From NCBI GenBank assembly GCA_001938485.1, contig MQRK01219574.1, forward strand, positions 1 to 64,000: DNA of 64,000 nt, in the 5' to 3' direction. The DNA comes from Girardia tigrina. Taxonomy: Eukaryota. Both the position numbers and the translations under genes were made by a program. Under the pieces are notes generated by a model. The model was given only the letters and a program-made list of their open reading frames with translations, ran no database searches and was not told the DNA's origin. This document shows, in pieces, positions 39,901 to 51,738 of the stretch (its first letter is position 1; every line of letters begins with the position of its first letter).

Positions 39901-41630
39901 GGTTTCGGTTCTGGATAGTTTTAAATTGAAGTTACACATGATTATGTGATCTGTGTTACGCTCCTCCCTGGGAAACTAGATTGGTTAAAGTCCGTTAATT
40001 GGTTAACGAAACTTACAGGGCTAGTAATCCTGTGTGTGGATGTGTAGAACGCTTTGAAAACCCAAACAAGGGGTCCGGAAGGACACGAAGTCACTAAGCT
40101 CCCTATCGGTTCCGGCGATCCAGGAACAAAACGCGGAAGATGAAAGGTGGGAACCTGGAATGTGCGAGGATTAAACGACGAGAAAATACTTTCAATAAAT
40201 GAGGCTTTGAAAAGAACGAAAACAGAGGCGTGTATCCTGACCGAAAGGCACTTCTGGGGAAATGAAACTACTGAATACGACGGATGGCAAATTCTCCAAA
40301 GTGGCTGTGACACTGGAGCACGAAGAGAAAGAGGAGTTGCGCTAATGATCAGAGAAGATGACCCGACCAAACAGGATTTTAGACCAATTAATGATCGGCT
40401 TTTTATTTGCCGGTACATCAGGAAATTAATTATACTAATCGGAGTGTATGCCCCGACGAACTGCGGGTATACAGATGAGGAAAAGATAATTTATATCAGA
40501 AGCTGCAAGAGAAGATCGAGAAGGAGAAGAAATTCTCGAGAGAAAAGAAAATGGAACTACTACTTGGAGGAGACTTTAATTGTAGGTTGAGGAGCACTGA
40601 AGAGTACAAAGCAGTTGCAAGTATCTACGTCACTGGAGTGAAGACGTCGGAGAACGGGGAGCTGCTTACCGAGATGGCGATATCATGTGTTGAAAACACC
40701 TTTTACAGGAAAAAACCTAGCCAGAGAACGAGCTGGACTCACCCAGCAACATCTAGGAGGTCATTACTGGATCTCTTTCTTATTGAAAGAAATCGAGCTA
40801 AGAAGTACACTGACATCTGAAGCTACTCAGGATTTGACTGCGGTTCCGTCCACGATCTGCTAGTTATAACTGCCAGAGTCCGAGAAGAAGGAAAAAGACT
40901 GATGAGGATAAGAAACGACAGAAACACAGAGCAAACACAAAATACCAGATCAAGAAGCAATCATGAAGAAAAAAGAAACGATAATCGAAATATTTCCACA
41001 TGTTCAATTTTCAGATACCGATTGGAAGTCTACCAATCAAACGATCTGCGATATGGTCCGAGGAGCAAGCACAAGATCAAAGCAAACTCCCTCAAATTAT
41101 ACGTGGCTACATGGCCATCTATGGAGTTAAAGATATACATTAGAGAAAAATTGGCGAGACGCACTGAGTTTGTGAGGAATAGAAACAATGACACTTTTTC
41201 TTGGTAGAAATCAAGCAGAATACTTCTTCAGAAGAATATCAGAAGATGGAAACGTGAAAGAGTTGAGGCTCTAGGCAAAAAAATGAGAAGATACTCAATA
41301 ATGACGGAGAAGGAAAACTGAAGGAGCTCATTACGGAATTACGTATCCTCTCAAAATCACAATCGTAAGAGAACACTCTGTGTACTCCCTCGGACCCTAT
41401 TAGGAACAAGGAGCTGATCAACTATTTCAATAATCGTTTTAGGGCTCTATTAGAGCAGAAGGAACGGATTGATGTCGCTAGAGACACTCTAAATCTCGAT
41501 GATTTGGATTCTCCTCCAACGAGAGAGGAAATAGCAGAGGCAGTGAAGCAGTTGAAGAGTGGGACAGCCGCGGGATCTGATGGATTTATCCCTGGAGTCT
41601 ATAAGTGGGGGTAATGGTGCAAGAGCGGGC
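39901..41630 (+). mobile_element. 5' half of an RTE-clade LINE (5'UTR, AP endonuclease, start of RT), decayed
   Basis: GTWNVRGL, GVALMI, GVYAPT, GGDFN, NTFYRKK..SWTHP, LDLFLI, and PPTREEIAEAVKQLKSGTAAGSDG. Confidence 0.9.
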
Positions 41631-41830
41631 GCAGCAGTTTTGTGGCTGCGCGCGCCGGCAGCGGGAGTGATCATCAGGTCGGGGGGGGACAAAAATATTT
41701 GAAACTCACATAAACCCATTTTCACAGTGCCAGAAGATGCCTGACGAATCCCTCCAGCACTCAGACCGCGATAAAAGGCAAACACCCCCTCTTGAATTTG
41801 AAGACGCATTTTTGTAGTGTCGATCGGATC
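41627..41830 (-). pseudogene. Mitochondrial carrier (SLC25, UCP/oxoglutarate-carrier-like) fragment with a 64-nt intron
   Basis: PIDTTKMRLQIQ-EGVFAFYRGLSAGGIRQASSGTVKMGL carries the Px[DE]xxKxRxQ and EGxxxxYxG signatures. GTGAGT...GCAG intron at 41709-41646. Confidence 0.8.
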
Positions 41831-42353
41831 GAACTCGAGACCGATCGACGAGCGATTGTTATCGATCGCGTTCGATTGAGCATAGAATTTCGACTGAAAA
41901 ATCGTCGGTAACCGTTTCAATTTGACAGCTTTTTGTCGGCCCATAACAGACGCTAGTCCCCGGAATTGATCGAGTCCTTGGTGCAAGCGGCAGGTCGATT
42001 GCACGTTGAGTAAATTCGGCCATTTCTGATTCCAATCGGAGCGGCTGATTTTTGAGATGATTTCCGCGATCAAATTGACAAATTTCGAGCATAATGGCGC
42101 GTTCATTTGGATAGACGAGTGGAGAAGCTGTCGGAGAATGATTTCATTATCACCGTCGGAAAGCTGACGCTTTTTTCCAGCGTTTTTCGATCAGATGTTT
42201 CAATTGTATTACGGCGAAAAATCGATGAGATTCTTCAAGGCCGCAGTTGAGCAAGGACGATGTCGAGCAGAATGACAGAAATGTTCAGTTTAGTGAATAA
42301 AAATTCTCGGAGTTCATTGATATCATTCACACCGTTAATCCTCACATCCAACA
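41831..42353 (-). pseudogene. Importin-beta family (importin-11-like) N-terminal fragment
   Basis: RFFAVIQLKHLIEKRWKK (IBN_N-like), IAEIISKISRSDWNQKWPNLL and KRL...FY. Two frameshifts. Confidence 0.7.
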
Positions 42354-43104
42354 TTACAAATTCAAAAATTGCAAAGTCAAACAGCAATTACGACTTTTCG
42401 ATTCCACAAAAATATATTTTCAATAAAAATTCTCCCGCAAATCTCTTTACAACAATCGATTTTTAAAAAATATGGTGACTTTCACTTTTTTATAATCATA
42501 ACCTTCGCGCCGATAATAAGTAAATTAATACATTTAAACAAAACAAAACAGTTAACTTAATTCGATAAAATTCGAATGTTGGTGAAATAGTTTTGATTTA
42601 TACACCAGAAACAGAGAGATATTTTTGAAAACAGACACTATTTTCAATTTCGATGGTTCATTACCGATAATCGATAAACATTTCAGACAACCGAAATTAC
42701 GTTTGGGATTTTTCAAAATAAACGAACCAGTTCTTCGTTAGCATTTCAAAGATCGTCTGATTACGGAATTTGATACGTCAGAACTCATTGATTCGGGGAT
42801 CAGTTTCAAAGATTTCATATAAAACGTAATTGATTTCAACAAAAAATTCCAAAAGATTGACAATTGTTTATTTGTTAAATTGAACGAATCTTTCATTTAA
42901 ATTTTTTTATAAGCATGATTTTGATTTATTTGAATAATTTTGAAACGATTTCAGACTTTCTGAAACAACTTTTACATTTCTTATAATAATCATCGCAAAC
43001 GGATTTCTTTGATTTTATCGATAAATTGATTTTATCGCGAAACAGTGGGTGTGTGAAATTACTAACCCTACTGGAGGAGTGCTTTAGGAACATGTAATAT
43101 TCAT

Positions 43105-43273
43105 GTAATTCATGTAATATTATAACCCAAAATATTTTTTCCTAATTTATTTTGACTAGATTGAATAAAAAAATAATATGATCAAATTAGTCAAAATAAA
43201 TTGGAGAAAAATATTTTGGGCTATAATATTACATGGATTACTGAAATTAAAAAAATCGTGTTCAAAGGGTTAA
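43105..43273. mobile_element. Palindromic MITE remnant with a piggyBac-like right end
   Basis: About 55-bp inverted arms (catgtaatattataacccaaaatatttt / aaaatattttgggctataatattacatg). Ends GTTCAAAGGG|TTAA. Confidence 0.5.
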
Positions 43274-44396
43274 GTGAAAATAATAGATTTATTATTTAAA
43301 ATAAATAAAAATTTATTCTCGAATTTTTTTGACTATTTTTTTTCAATTCCAAATTCATAGTAATAGAAAAAATCGTTTTAAAATATTTTCGAATAACCCA
43401 ATTACAGAAAATAAATCCAGAATAAAACCAAATACGAATATATAAAAATAAATAAATTATTAATTTAAGTAATTAAAAAAACATTTACATATGCCGTCGT
43501 AATTATTCATAATAAATAAAATTAATATTAAATTGAAATTACACAATATAAATTATATAAAATATTATTTATTAAATTTAAGTTGTTTAAACTATCTTTA
43601 TAAAGACTTTATTTATGAGTCATAGAGGATGATAATTTTATATTAGGGAACTGTGTCATTCTTGTACGGAGACTCGATGAATTTGATTTTTACCATTAGA
43701 TCATATATTAATAATGTATATTAAGTATATCCAATTGCTCTGTAAGTTTTATTTAAGTATAGAAGTGGAAGGTAAGACGAAACAGGTAACCGACTGAATG
43801 AAGGTTTCATGTGTTTCAAAGCAAATATAAACTGTAGAACATGAAGACATTATTCTTTATCGACATTCCCAATGTCTCATTCGAAAATATTGAAATCAAG
43901 CATTCTCTAAATGGATAAATGTGGTAAATGTCTTAGGGACAAAAGAATTCGAATGTGAATTGCTAACAAAACTCGACTAAATCGTCTGATGTGATTGAAG
44001 TTTTTGTTCGAAGTGATTCTGATTAAGATGATCGTTATTAATTCCATTGCAATTGATAATTAATATATTAAATTAATATATTGAAATTTGATTAAATGTT
44101 TGTTTTTGATTATTATTAATTATTCTTTTGAAATCGATTTAAGCTGAAAATTTGTTTGTTAATTGATTATTTAATTTTTATATATAATCGATTTATATTA
44201 ATATCGAATATTTGAAGCAATTCTCACGTTTGGAAAATAAGATCATTGGAAATTTTAAAACTTTTTTGTACATGAATTTATTTTATCCCATCAATAATTG
44301 TAAATGATTTTGAATGATTAATTTATATTTTAATCAGTAAATATTATTTGTTAAAATGAAGTAAAATAAATATAGATATAAATAAATATTTTAAAA

Positions 44397-44978
44397 ATGG
44401 CTTTCAAATTTCCAAATGGAACGACAACGGTTACTAGACATTCAAAAGTGGGACAATTAATATAATATTTATAACATTATTCTTGCTATTAGACCAATAT
44501 CGATATTGAACAATTAATTGATGATTTTGTCTTTCACAATGAACGAATAGATTTTGATACAAAATTAACTATTATCCGTTTGATTAACGATCCTATTGTT
44601 GATTATTTTCACATAGAGTTAGGGTATCATCCGTCGGTTTTAAAAATATGTTGTATAAAATTGATGTTCAATGATAAAGTAATGGATAGAGAGAGTCTAA
44701 ATGATTTGTTTTGGGAAACAATGTCGGATAGATTAAATTCAAACAGCAAGGTAAGTGGGTGGATAGATAACATCAAAAACAGTTTCAAATTATCATCAGA
44801 CGAAGTAAAAGGTTTTAGTAAACGATGTTTACTCTGTAGTTTTTGTGGGGTTAATCAGGTTTCCGTGCTCTATTTACCATGCGGACACATAATAAGCTGT
44901 ACCGAATGTTCCAACGAAGAAAAAGTATGCATGTCCTGCGGCGGTGACATCTCCGAACGACACAATATTTATATTTAA
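44397..44978 (+). CDS. IAP-like C-terminal C3HC4 RING protein lacking BIR domains (exons 44397-44447 and 44493-44978, 178 aa)
   Basis: ATG in AAAAATGG context. A 45-nt GT-AG intron containing an in-frame stop joins the exons in frame. C-terminal CSFC...LYLPCGHIISCTECS....CMSCGGDI....IYI is an IAP/MDM2/Mgrn1-type RING with a hydrophobic tail. Confidence 0.8.
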
Positions 44979-45290
44979 TTCAAAAGTCACGATAAAATTC
45001 TGATGGTAGTCATGCCCACCGTGTCTCTGAAATATCTGGCACTAATACCAAAACATTAGCAGATCTCCAAACATCAATCTGTATAAATTAATAGATCTTA
45101 AGAGGGTAGATGAAGTTAATATGACGTCCCGATTTGAAATAATAGTTTTAATTCTAGTCACTAAATACCAATAAACATAAACAAATAAAGTTTTGAACTT
45201 AAATCCTGTATTTGATTTCATCCCAAAATTTGATGAATGATACAATAAAAACGATTGAAATCAAAATAAAAGTCAATGTAAAGAATATTT

Positions 45291-45625
45291 TCAAACAATG
45301 TCTTTGTACCGGGACCACCAAACTGTCACCATAACCTTCTTTTGGTAGAGTTTCGGTTTCGGAAAGTGGTGACGAGCCTCATCGCGGTCCAACCATTGTG
45401 CCAAACGTCGCCGATTGTCGTACAGAATCCACTTCTCATCACACGTCGCAATCCGATTGCTCTTGTTGCGCAGAAGTGCAAAAGACACCTCTAAACGACG
45501 ATTTATTTGACTTTCGTTCAATTCGTGCGGCATTTATGGAGCTTTTTCGACTTTCCAATTCGCTTCAAATACCGAGTGACGGTTGAGGGATCAACGTTAA
45601 GCTCTTCTGCGAGTGCTCGAAAAGT
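45291..45625 (-). pseudogene. mariner transposase fragment abutting the Penelope cluster
   Basis: LAEELNVDPSTV, PHELNE, IATCDEKWILYDN and PKPKLYQKKVMVTVWW. Confidence 0.9.
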
Positions 45626-45687
45626 TAAATCAAATGGTAATTTAGTAATTAAACACAAATAACCCCATTTTAATTTTATATTTTTAT

Positions 45688-45730
45688 TCGAAAACATATT
45701 TCGCCACTTTTGTGGCATCTTCAGTTCTGT
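45688..45730 (-). ncRNA. Minimal hammerhead ribozyme in the Penelope 3' repeat
   Basis: Minus strand: gaa-CTGAAGA-T-GCCAC-aaaa-GTGGC-GAAA-TATG-TT-ttc. Confidence 0.8.
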
Positions 45731-46239
45731 AGTTAATTAGAAAGTTATTGTTTATATAGAAAGATGACCATTACGTCACAGTGTGTTACGTCAAAAGACT
45801 CTAATATGATTGGACGAATCACTTTGCACATTTAGACTCGGTTTACAAAACTTTATCAAGAGTGCTTCAGTAATTGTTCTTTCATAATTGTGATCAAAGT
45901 TACTAATCAAAACCCGAAAATCATTATCAAATACTCTCCTTTGAGTTCCATGACATTTCACTATGTTGTCGAAAATTGAGATTTTTATACTTGATTGGGT
46001 ATGTTCTGCAATTCTAGTATAGAGGTGACGATTTATCTCTCCAATGAACAAGGATTCACACTTGTGACATTTATATTTGTAAACTAAATTTGCTTTCATA
46101 CCAAATTGTGTTTTAGATTTATTTGAGAAGTAATTAGAAATTTTATTAGTTAGAAACAATATTTTAATTGTAACACTTAATGGAGCCTGTTTTTCTAAAA
46201 TTCGCTTAAAATCCCTAGCACCTTCGGAATAGCCTTTTT

Positions 46240-46402
46240 GTACCGGCTCCCCCCTTTAAAAAAATTGGTGCGCCCCCTTAAAAAAATTTTCATTCATTTT
46301 TTTGTGACAGCTTTTCGATTATTTTGGTTTGTATTCAAAAATGATATTTTGGAAACAGCTGCATGCCCCCCTTGCGCCCCCCCCCACAGGTTGAAAGCCA
46401 CT
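46240..46402. mobile_element. hAT-like MITE terminal fragment between Penelope copies
   Basis: C-rich subterminal motifs (gccccccttgcgcccccccc) ending ...GCCACT, similar in style to the MITE at 564-833. Confidence 0.4.
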
Positions 46403-47605
46403 ACGTCACAGTGTGTTACGTCAAAATACTCTAATATGATTGAACGAATCAATTTGCACATTTAGACTAGGTTTAAGAAACTTTATCAAGAGTGCTTCAG
46501 TNNNNNNNNNNNNNNNNNNNNNNNNNNNNNNNNNNNNNNNNNNNNNNNNNNGAAAATCATTATCAAATACTCTCCTTTGAGTTCCATGACATTTCACTAT
46601 GTGGTCCAAAATTGAGCTTTTTCTACTTGATTGGGTATGTTCTGCAATTCTAGTACGGAGGTGACGATTTATCTCTCCAATTTACAAGGATTCACACTTG
46701 TGACATTTATATTAGTAAACTAAATTTGCTTTCATACCCAATTGTGTTAGATTTATTTGAGAAGCAATTAGAAATTTTATTAGTTAGAAACAATATTTTA
46801 ATTGTAACACCTACTGGAGCCTGTTTTTCTTTGTCAGTTTTCTCGCCTGATACTCAAAATATAATAGAAATATGATTAAGGGTCTAGTGCATAGAGTTTG
46901 CCGTTTAACTTCTTTTGAAATTTTTGATAAAGAAATTGATACTCTCCATAATAGACTTAGTAATAATGGAAATAATAATAAATATTTAAATAACATCATT
47001 AAAAATACTGTAGAGTCAATTTATTTAAAATCAAAAGACAAAATCAATAAAAATTTGAATGCAACTGAGGAAGTGATTAATTAAAAAAATTATTTAAAAA
47101 TTCCGTATTCCGAAGGTGCTAGGGATTTTAAGCGAATTTTAGAAAAACAGGCTCTATTAAGTGTTACAATTAAAATATTGTTTCTAACTAATAAAATTTC
47201 TAATTACTTCTCAAATAAATCTAAAACACAATTTGGTATGAAAGCAAATTTAGTTTACAAATATAAATGTCACAAGTGTGAATCCTTGTTCATTGGAGAG
47301 ATAAATCGTCACCTCTATACTAGAATTGCAGAACATACCCAATCAAGTATAAAAATCTCAATTTTCGACAACATAGTGAAATGTCATGGAACTCAAAGGA
47401 GAGTATTTGATAATGATTTTCGGGTTTTGATTAGTAACTTTGATCACAATTATGAAAGAACAATTACTGAAGCACTCTTGATAAAGTTTTGTAAACCGAG
47501 TCTAAATGTGCAAAGTGATTCGTCCAATCATATTAGAGTCTTTTGACGTAACACACTGTGACGTAATGGTCATCTTTCTATATAAACAATAACTTTCTAA
47601 TTAAA

Positions 47606-47650
47606 TACAGAACTGTAAATGCTACAAAAGTGGCGAAACATGTTTTCGAA
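47606..47650 (+). ncRNA. Mutated copy of the Penelope hammerhead
   Basis: gaa-CTGTAAA-T-GCTAC-aaaa-GTGGC-GAAA-CATG-TT-ttc. The core is mutated; palindromic stem III is intact. Confidence 0.65.
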
Positions 47651-48698
47651 TAAAAATTTAAAATTAAAATGGGGTCATTTGTGTTTAATATATATATATA
47701 TATATATATATTATTAGTTAATTCATGTAAATAGTTAAGTAAAAACTCAAACTTATTATAAAAAACATGTATTTTAACTATGTTTTCATAAATTTTCATA
47801 CTGTATTAAAAATTATAGAAAGTAAGCTAATAAAAAGAATGTAATAAGGATTAAAATTTAATGCAATTAGCTATTTCGTATTAATGAAAGGAAATTACAT
47901 TTAATTGATCATGAACTCCGAATTTCAGACAACAGGATTATTTTACTAGCATTTTCAATCATTTTAATGTTACTTTTTGACTAGAATTGAAAATATTACA
48001 TCTAATCGGGAAGTAATGTTTACTTTCGTCCGTCATATTGAGATCGGTTGAGCAACACTGATTGACACTAAAATGTTTTATGGTCCGCTAATTTTTATTT
48101 ATTACCGTCAGAATTTTTAAGGACACGGTATACATGAATTTCATTAGGAATTCATCGAAACACGTGGTTGTTCGACATTGCTCCATACGCAAGGGTTTAG
48201 CGAACCAAAAATTCAATATAATCATATACATATTTTATAGTATTAGAAGTAGGAAAATGATTCCCAGTTAAGTTGATTCAAATGGTAAATAGTTTTTAAA
48301 TGTATGAGAATGTTGAAACCCTATAAAAGCTTGTGTGACTTCATTCAGTTGTGTATGAATTTGCTTGATTAATTAACATTTTAAGCCCAAGTATCCGATG
48401 TACAGAATACATTTTAGATTTATCAATTATTTCATTTTTCAAAGATCATCAACTGAGGTACTTTACCATATAACTGAAATAGATTGTTCAGTTTTATAAT
48501 TCTTTTTATTTATAATGAACAAATAATAATTTAAAAAAATTTATTTAGAAATAAAGGAAATTTAAAAAAAAATACTGTTATTGTGTTGTTTTGATCGTTT
48601 TAAATTCCTCTGTAAGCCTATTATTTCTAATTACGAAATTTACATCTTGAAATAACAAAAGCACAGTATTATCTTGCATTGTTGTGTACTAAAGTTGA

Positions 48699-49244
48699 CA
48701 CTTATGTATTAACGCCGCCGTCGAAAAAATTCCGCTTATGCGCCAATTTACACTTTAAATTTTTGTGACAAATCATAGAATGGAAACTTTATTTAAAATC
48801 ATATAACTTTCAAAATTCAAAACATTTTTTTATGAAAAGTAGTCAATCGGATTTCGATGGAAATGGACCGATATAGAATTTAACATAGATTCAAAACAGT
48901 CTCTATTTTCTTTTACCTGCAGTCATCATATGACCTCTAATAAATAAGATAAATAAATCATCGCACCAACAGTATAGGAATTTCAAAGCTGAACAAAATG
49001 GAATTCTGCTTAACTCAAACCAGTTGTCTATTCTAAGTCCCACTTGCTGATCACACTGTCTTAAATTACATTTCCAAAACTTACGTTTACTAAAATAAAG
49101 TTTTATTTCGTAGGAATTGGTACATTTTCGTTTTTTATGTAAAATATTTTGTTCCTGAAAAAATAAACGCTGATATGTGCAAGTAACAACTCATTATTGG
49201 CACATTAACAGAATTTTTGTTGCTGTGGCATTAATACGTAAGTA
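48699..49244. mobile_element. Old MITE with about 50-bp degenerate TIRs
   Basis: cacttatgtattaacgccgccgtcgaaaaaattccgcttatgcgccaat versus the reverse complement of the right end, tacttacgtattaatgccacagcaacaaaaattctgttaatgtgccaat. Confidence 0.55.
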
Positions 49245-50379
49245 CCATTAAGTAATGTCAAGGTTCTTGATGCTTTTCTCGTCACGGAATTGAGATTGTC
49301 GAAATCTACAAGCATTGACAAGATCAGATTTCACCTTAAATGGATTGTGTTTAATAGCATTCTTTCATAAAGTAATTATTTTTTTTAGTTACAGGTTTAT
49401 AGTGATTTTCTAAAATCATTAAAAAAATCATTAATTTTCATTTTTCATAAAAAAAAATAAAATTAATTAATACAACAGTAACATTTTTTGTCTGATGCAT
49501 CACACCTTTTTGAAAATATAATTAAAAAAATTTAGAAAAAAACAAACGAACTCGAAATAAAGATTTGTTTAAATCAATAAATGAATACAAACAATTGCTC
49601 ATAAATTTGAAATTCATGACAAAAAACTATAAACGAACTGTGAGACAAGGTTGATTAAATTGACGTTCATTGTGATCGATAATTTTACTGTGAATAAAAG
49701 TATTTTTTCGTCTTTCGGGATGATCGATTGGTGTCCATGGTTCCCCATTGTAGTTGCAACTGGTAGCTGTCCCTTACGTCAACCAATTGAGGCGCGGGTA
49801 AGATGGCGGTCCAAATTTGAGTCGTGAAACGCCATCTGAATACGGCAAACTTGTTTTATGCTCTGTATCTCTTCTCTGCTTGGTTTTCTAGAGCGATTGT
49901 CTGGGTTCACATCAATTTCTCACTTATCTCAGCTGATCAGTATCTTCACTTAACAAGGTTTTTTCAATTATTCTTGCTTTACCATTTAAATCAACTAATT
50001 CTGTTTGTTTGATATTTGCAGAATATTCAAAGATGCTACTAAAGGACATCGAAGTTTCGTTAACCCCTATCATAAGGTTTTAAATCAACGTTTTATAACA
50101 TGAATGAGTTTTTTTATTTTATTTCAAAAAGAATTTTCATAAATATGTTTCTAAAAGTCTTCAAAAATTAAATAATGATACTATAAAATAAAATATTATA
50201 GAATTATCAAAGGAGAATGTTGTCATATGATAATATTCAAAGCATCTTCCAGTTAAACTATTTTGTCGATTCCTTGTCCTAAAAACAAACATATTATCAC
50301 ATATTATTCTTTATACAAAGCTGTCATACAAAACTCATTAATATAATCGCTTGCTACGTCCTATTGTGCATCTTCGTAA

Positions 50380-51010
50380 CCAGGCTGCAATCTTGGCTCG
50401 ATCTCTCATAACTTTGTTAACAGTGCCGCCTAAGTAGCCTCAAATTTATTCGGAAGTAAGGCAAATACACAAGGTATATTAATTCCATCACGAGTTCCAA
50501 GAATGATATACATTTGAGTATATCAAGCTGGACTGACCTTGAAAGTTTTGCCGGGGAACCATACTCTGCATCCGCTAAGGAATTGGAGATTTTCATCGGC
50601 TGCAAATAGTAAGAAGTCAATGTCATGTCGTAGGAAAGGAAGACCGTTCAATGTAATTCGAAGCTCATCTGGAAGATTATCGTCGACTTGAAATAGAAGC
50701 TGACGATTTCGTCTGATGTTGTGTTTCGTACTTTCCGTTTTCAATACCAATGCTTGACCAGATAGACTTGAATTTCCCATCGCTGACTGCACGATCACTC
50801 TTGCTGGTTCTTCAGTTTCGTTTGCATGTCATTTAATGGTTGATTGCACTCCAGCCTTTTCAAGTTGACTAGTAGATGCTGTGTGAGAATGTTGAGATGG
50901 TAGTTTCAACATCTCTCCATTGGCGGTATGGCAACGGCCTTTGCAGGATCGATCACAGCATCTCCATATCTCCCTGTGTTCAGTTTTCTCTTCATATGAT
51001 AAAGTTAACC
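50380..51010 (-). pseudogene. MULE (Mutator) transposase fragment with a FLYWCH-like domain
   Basis: WRCCDRSCKGRCHT...HSH; LLFAADENLQFLSGCRVWFPGKTFKVSP (decayed W..DGTFK..P); QMYIILG...PCVFALLPNK. Confidence 0.85.
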
Positions 51011-51092
51011 TTTGTACACTAACAATCTTTTATTTTTTTCTGATTCCAAATATTCTAAAACCATATCTAAGAGCTGCAACGTTTTTTAAATA

Positions 51093-51279
51093 TTACATAT
51101 TACTTATATACATGAATTAATAGAATAATATTAATAACACTATAAATCATTTATTTTACTGTTTTCATATAATAAGATCACGTGTATTACTGAATTTGTA
51201 TTACATATTACTCATATTACATGAATTAAAAGGATGATATTAATAACATTATTAATTATTCATTTTACTCTTTTCATAT
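51093..51279. repeat. About 78-bp imperfect direct duplication
   Basis: ttacatattact.atat.acatgaattaa...attttact.ttttcatat occurs at 51093 and 51201. Confidence 0.75.
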
Positions 51280-51738
51280 GCGACGAATTGTCCTAAAACC
51301 GGCCTAATATCCAAAAAATTCATCATTATAATTTGAATTTGAAACTGGATGAAATGAATTCTTTTATCGAAGTTAATTTTATCAATTTCTAAATAATTTA
51401 TTCATAGTGTGTGAAATTTTTGAATAATTAATTTTTGTAAGTAATCTCTAAAAAAATGAAAAAAAACATTTAAAATCAAAAGTTATAAAACAGTTATAAC
51501 TAAATATCTTAATTAATTAAAAAAAGAGTTATTTTTAAAAATAATTGAATTTTAATTATTTTGTATTTATTTTAAAAAATTATTTCGAAGAATAACTTTA
51601 TGAAATTTTTGTTGTTAAAGATGTAATAAAAAAAGATAATTTAGATTTAAAAACCAGTTAGAAATTCTGCAAATTAAAATTCGATAAANNNNNNNNNNNN
51701 NNNNNNNNNNNNNNNNNNNNNNNNNNNNNNNNNNNNNN

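Larger units (their letters stand above)
45626..47690. mobile_element. Penelope-like retroelement cluster: two minus-strand GIY-YIG copies and one plus-strand RT-C-terminus/GIY-YIG copy
   Basis: NLVYKYKCHKCESLFIGEINR.L.TRIAEH...TEALLIKFCKPSLNVQ occurs identically at 45791-46159(-) and 47178-47546(+), with a diverged copy at 46421-46830(-). RT C-terminus IKGLVHRVCRL...LSNNG and LKIPY at 46840-47110. Confidence 0.92.

Noticed and set aside
39942-40418. 158-aa minus-strand ORF, and similar antisense ORFs at 16682, 17366, 59426 and 62313
   Set aside because: These are antisense shadows of TE or pseudogene coding regions.
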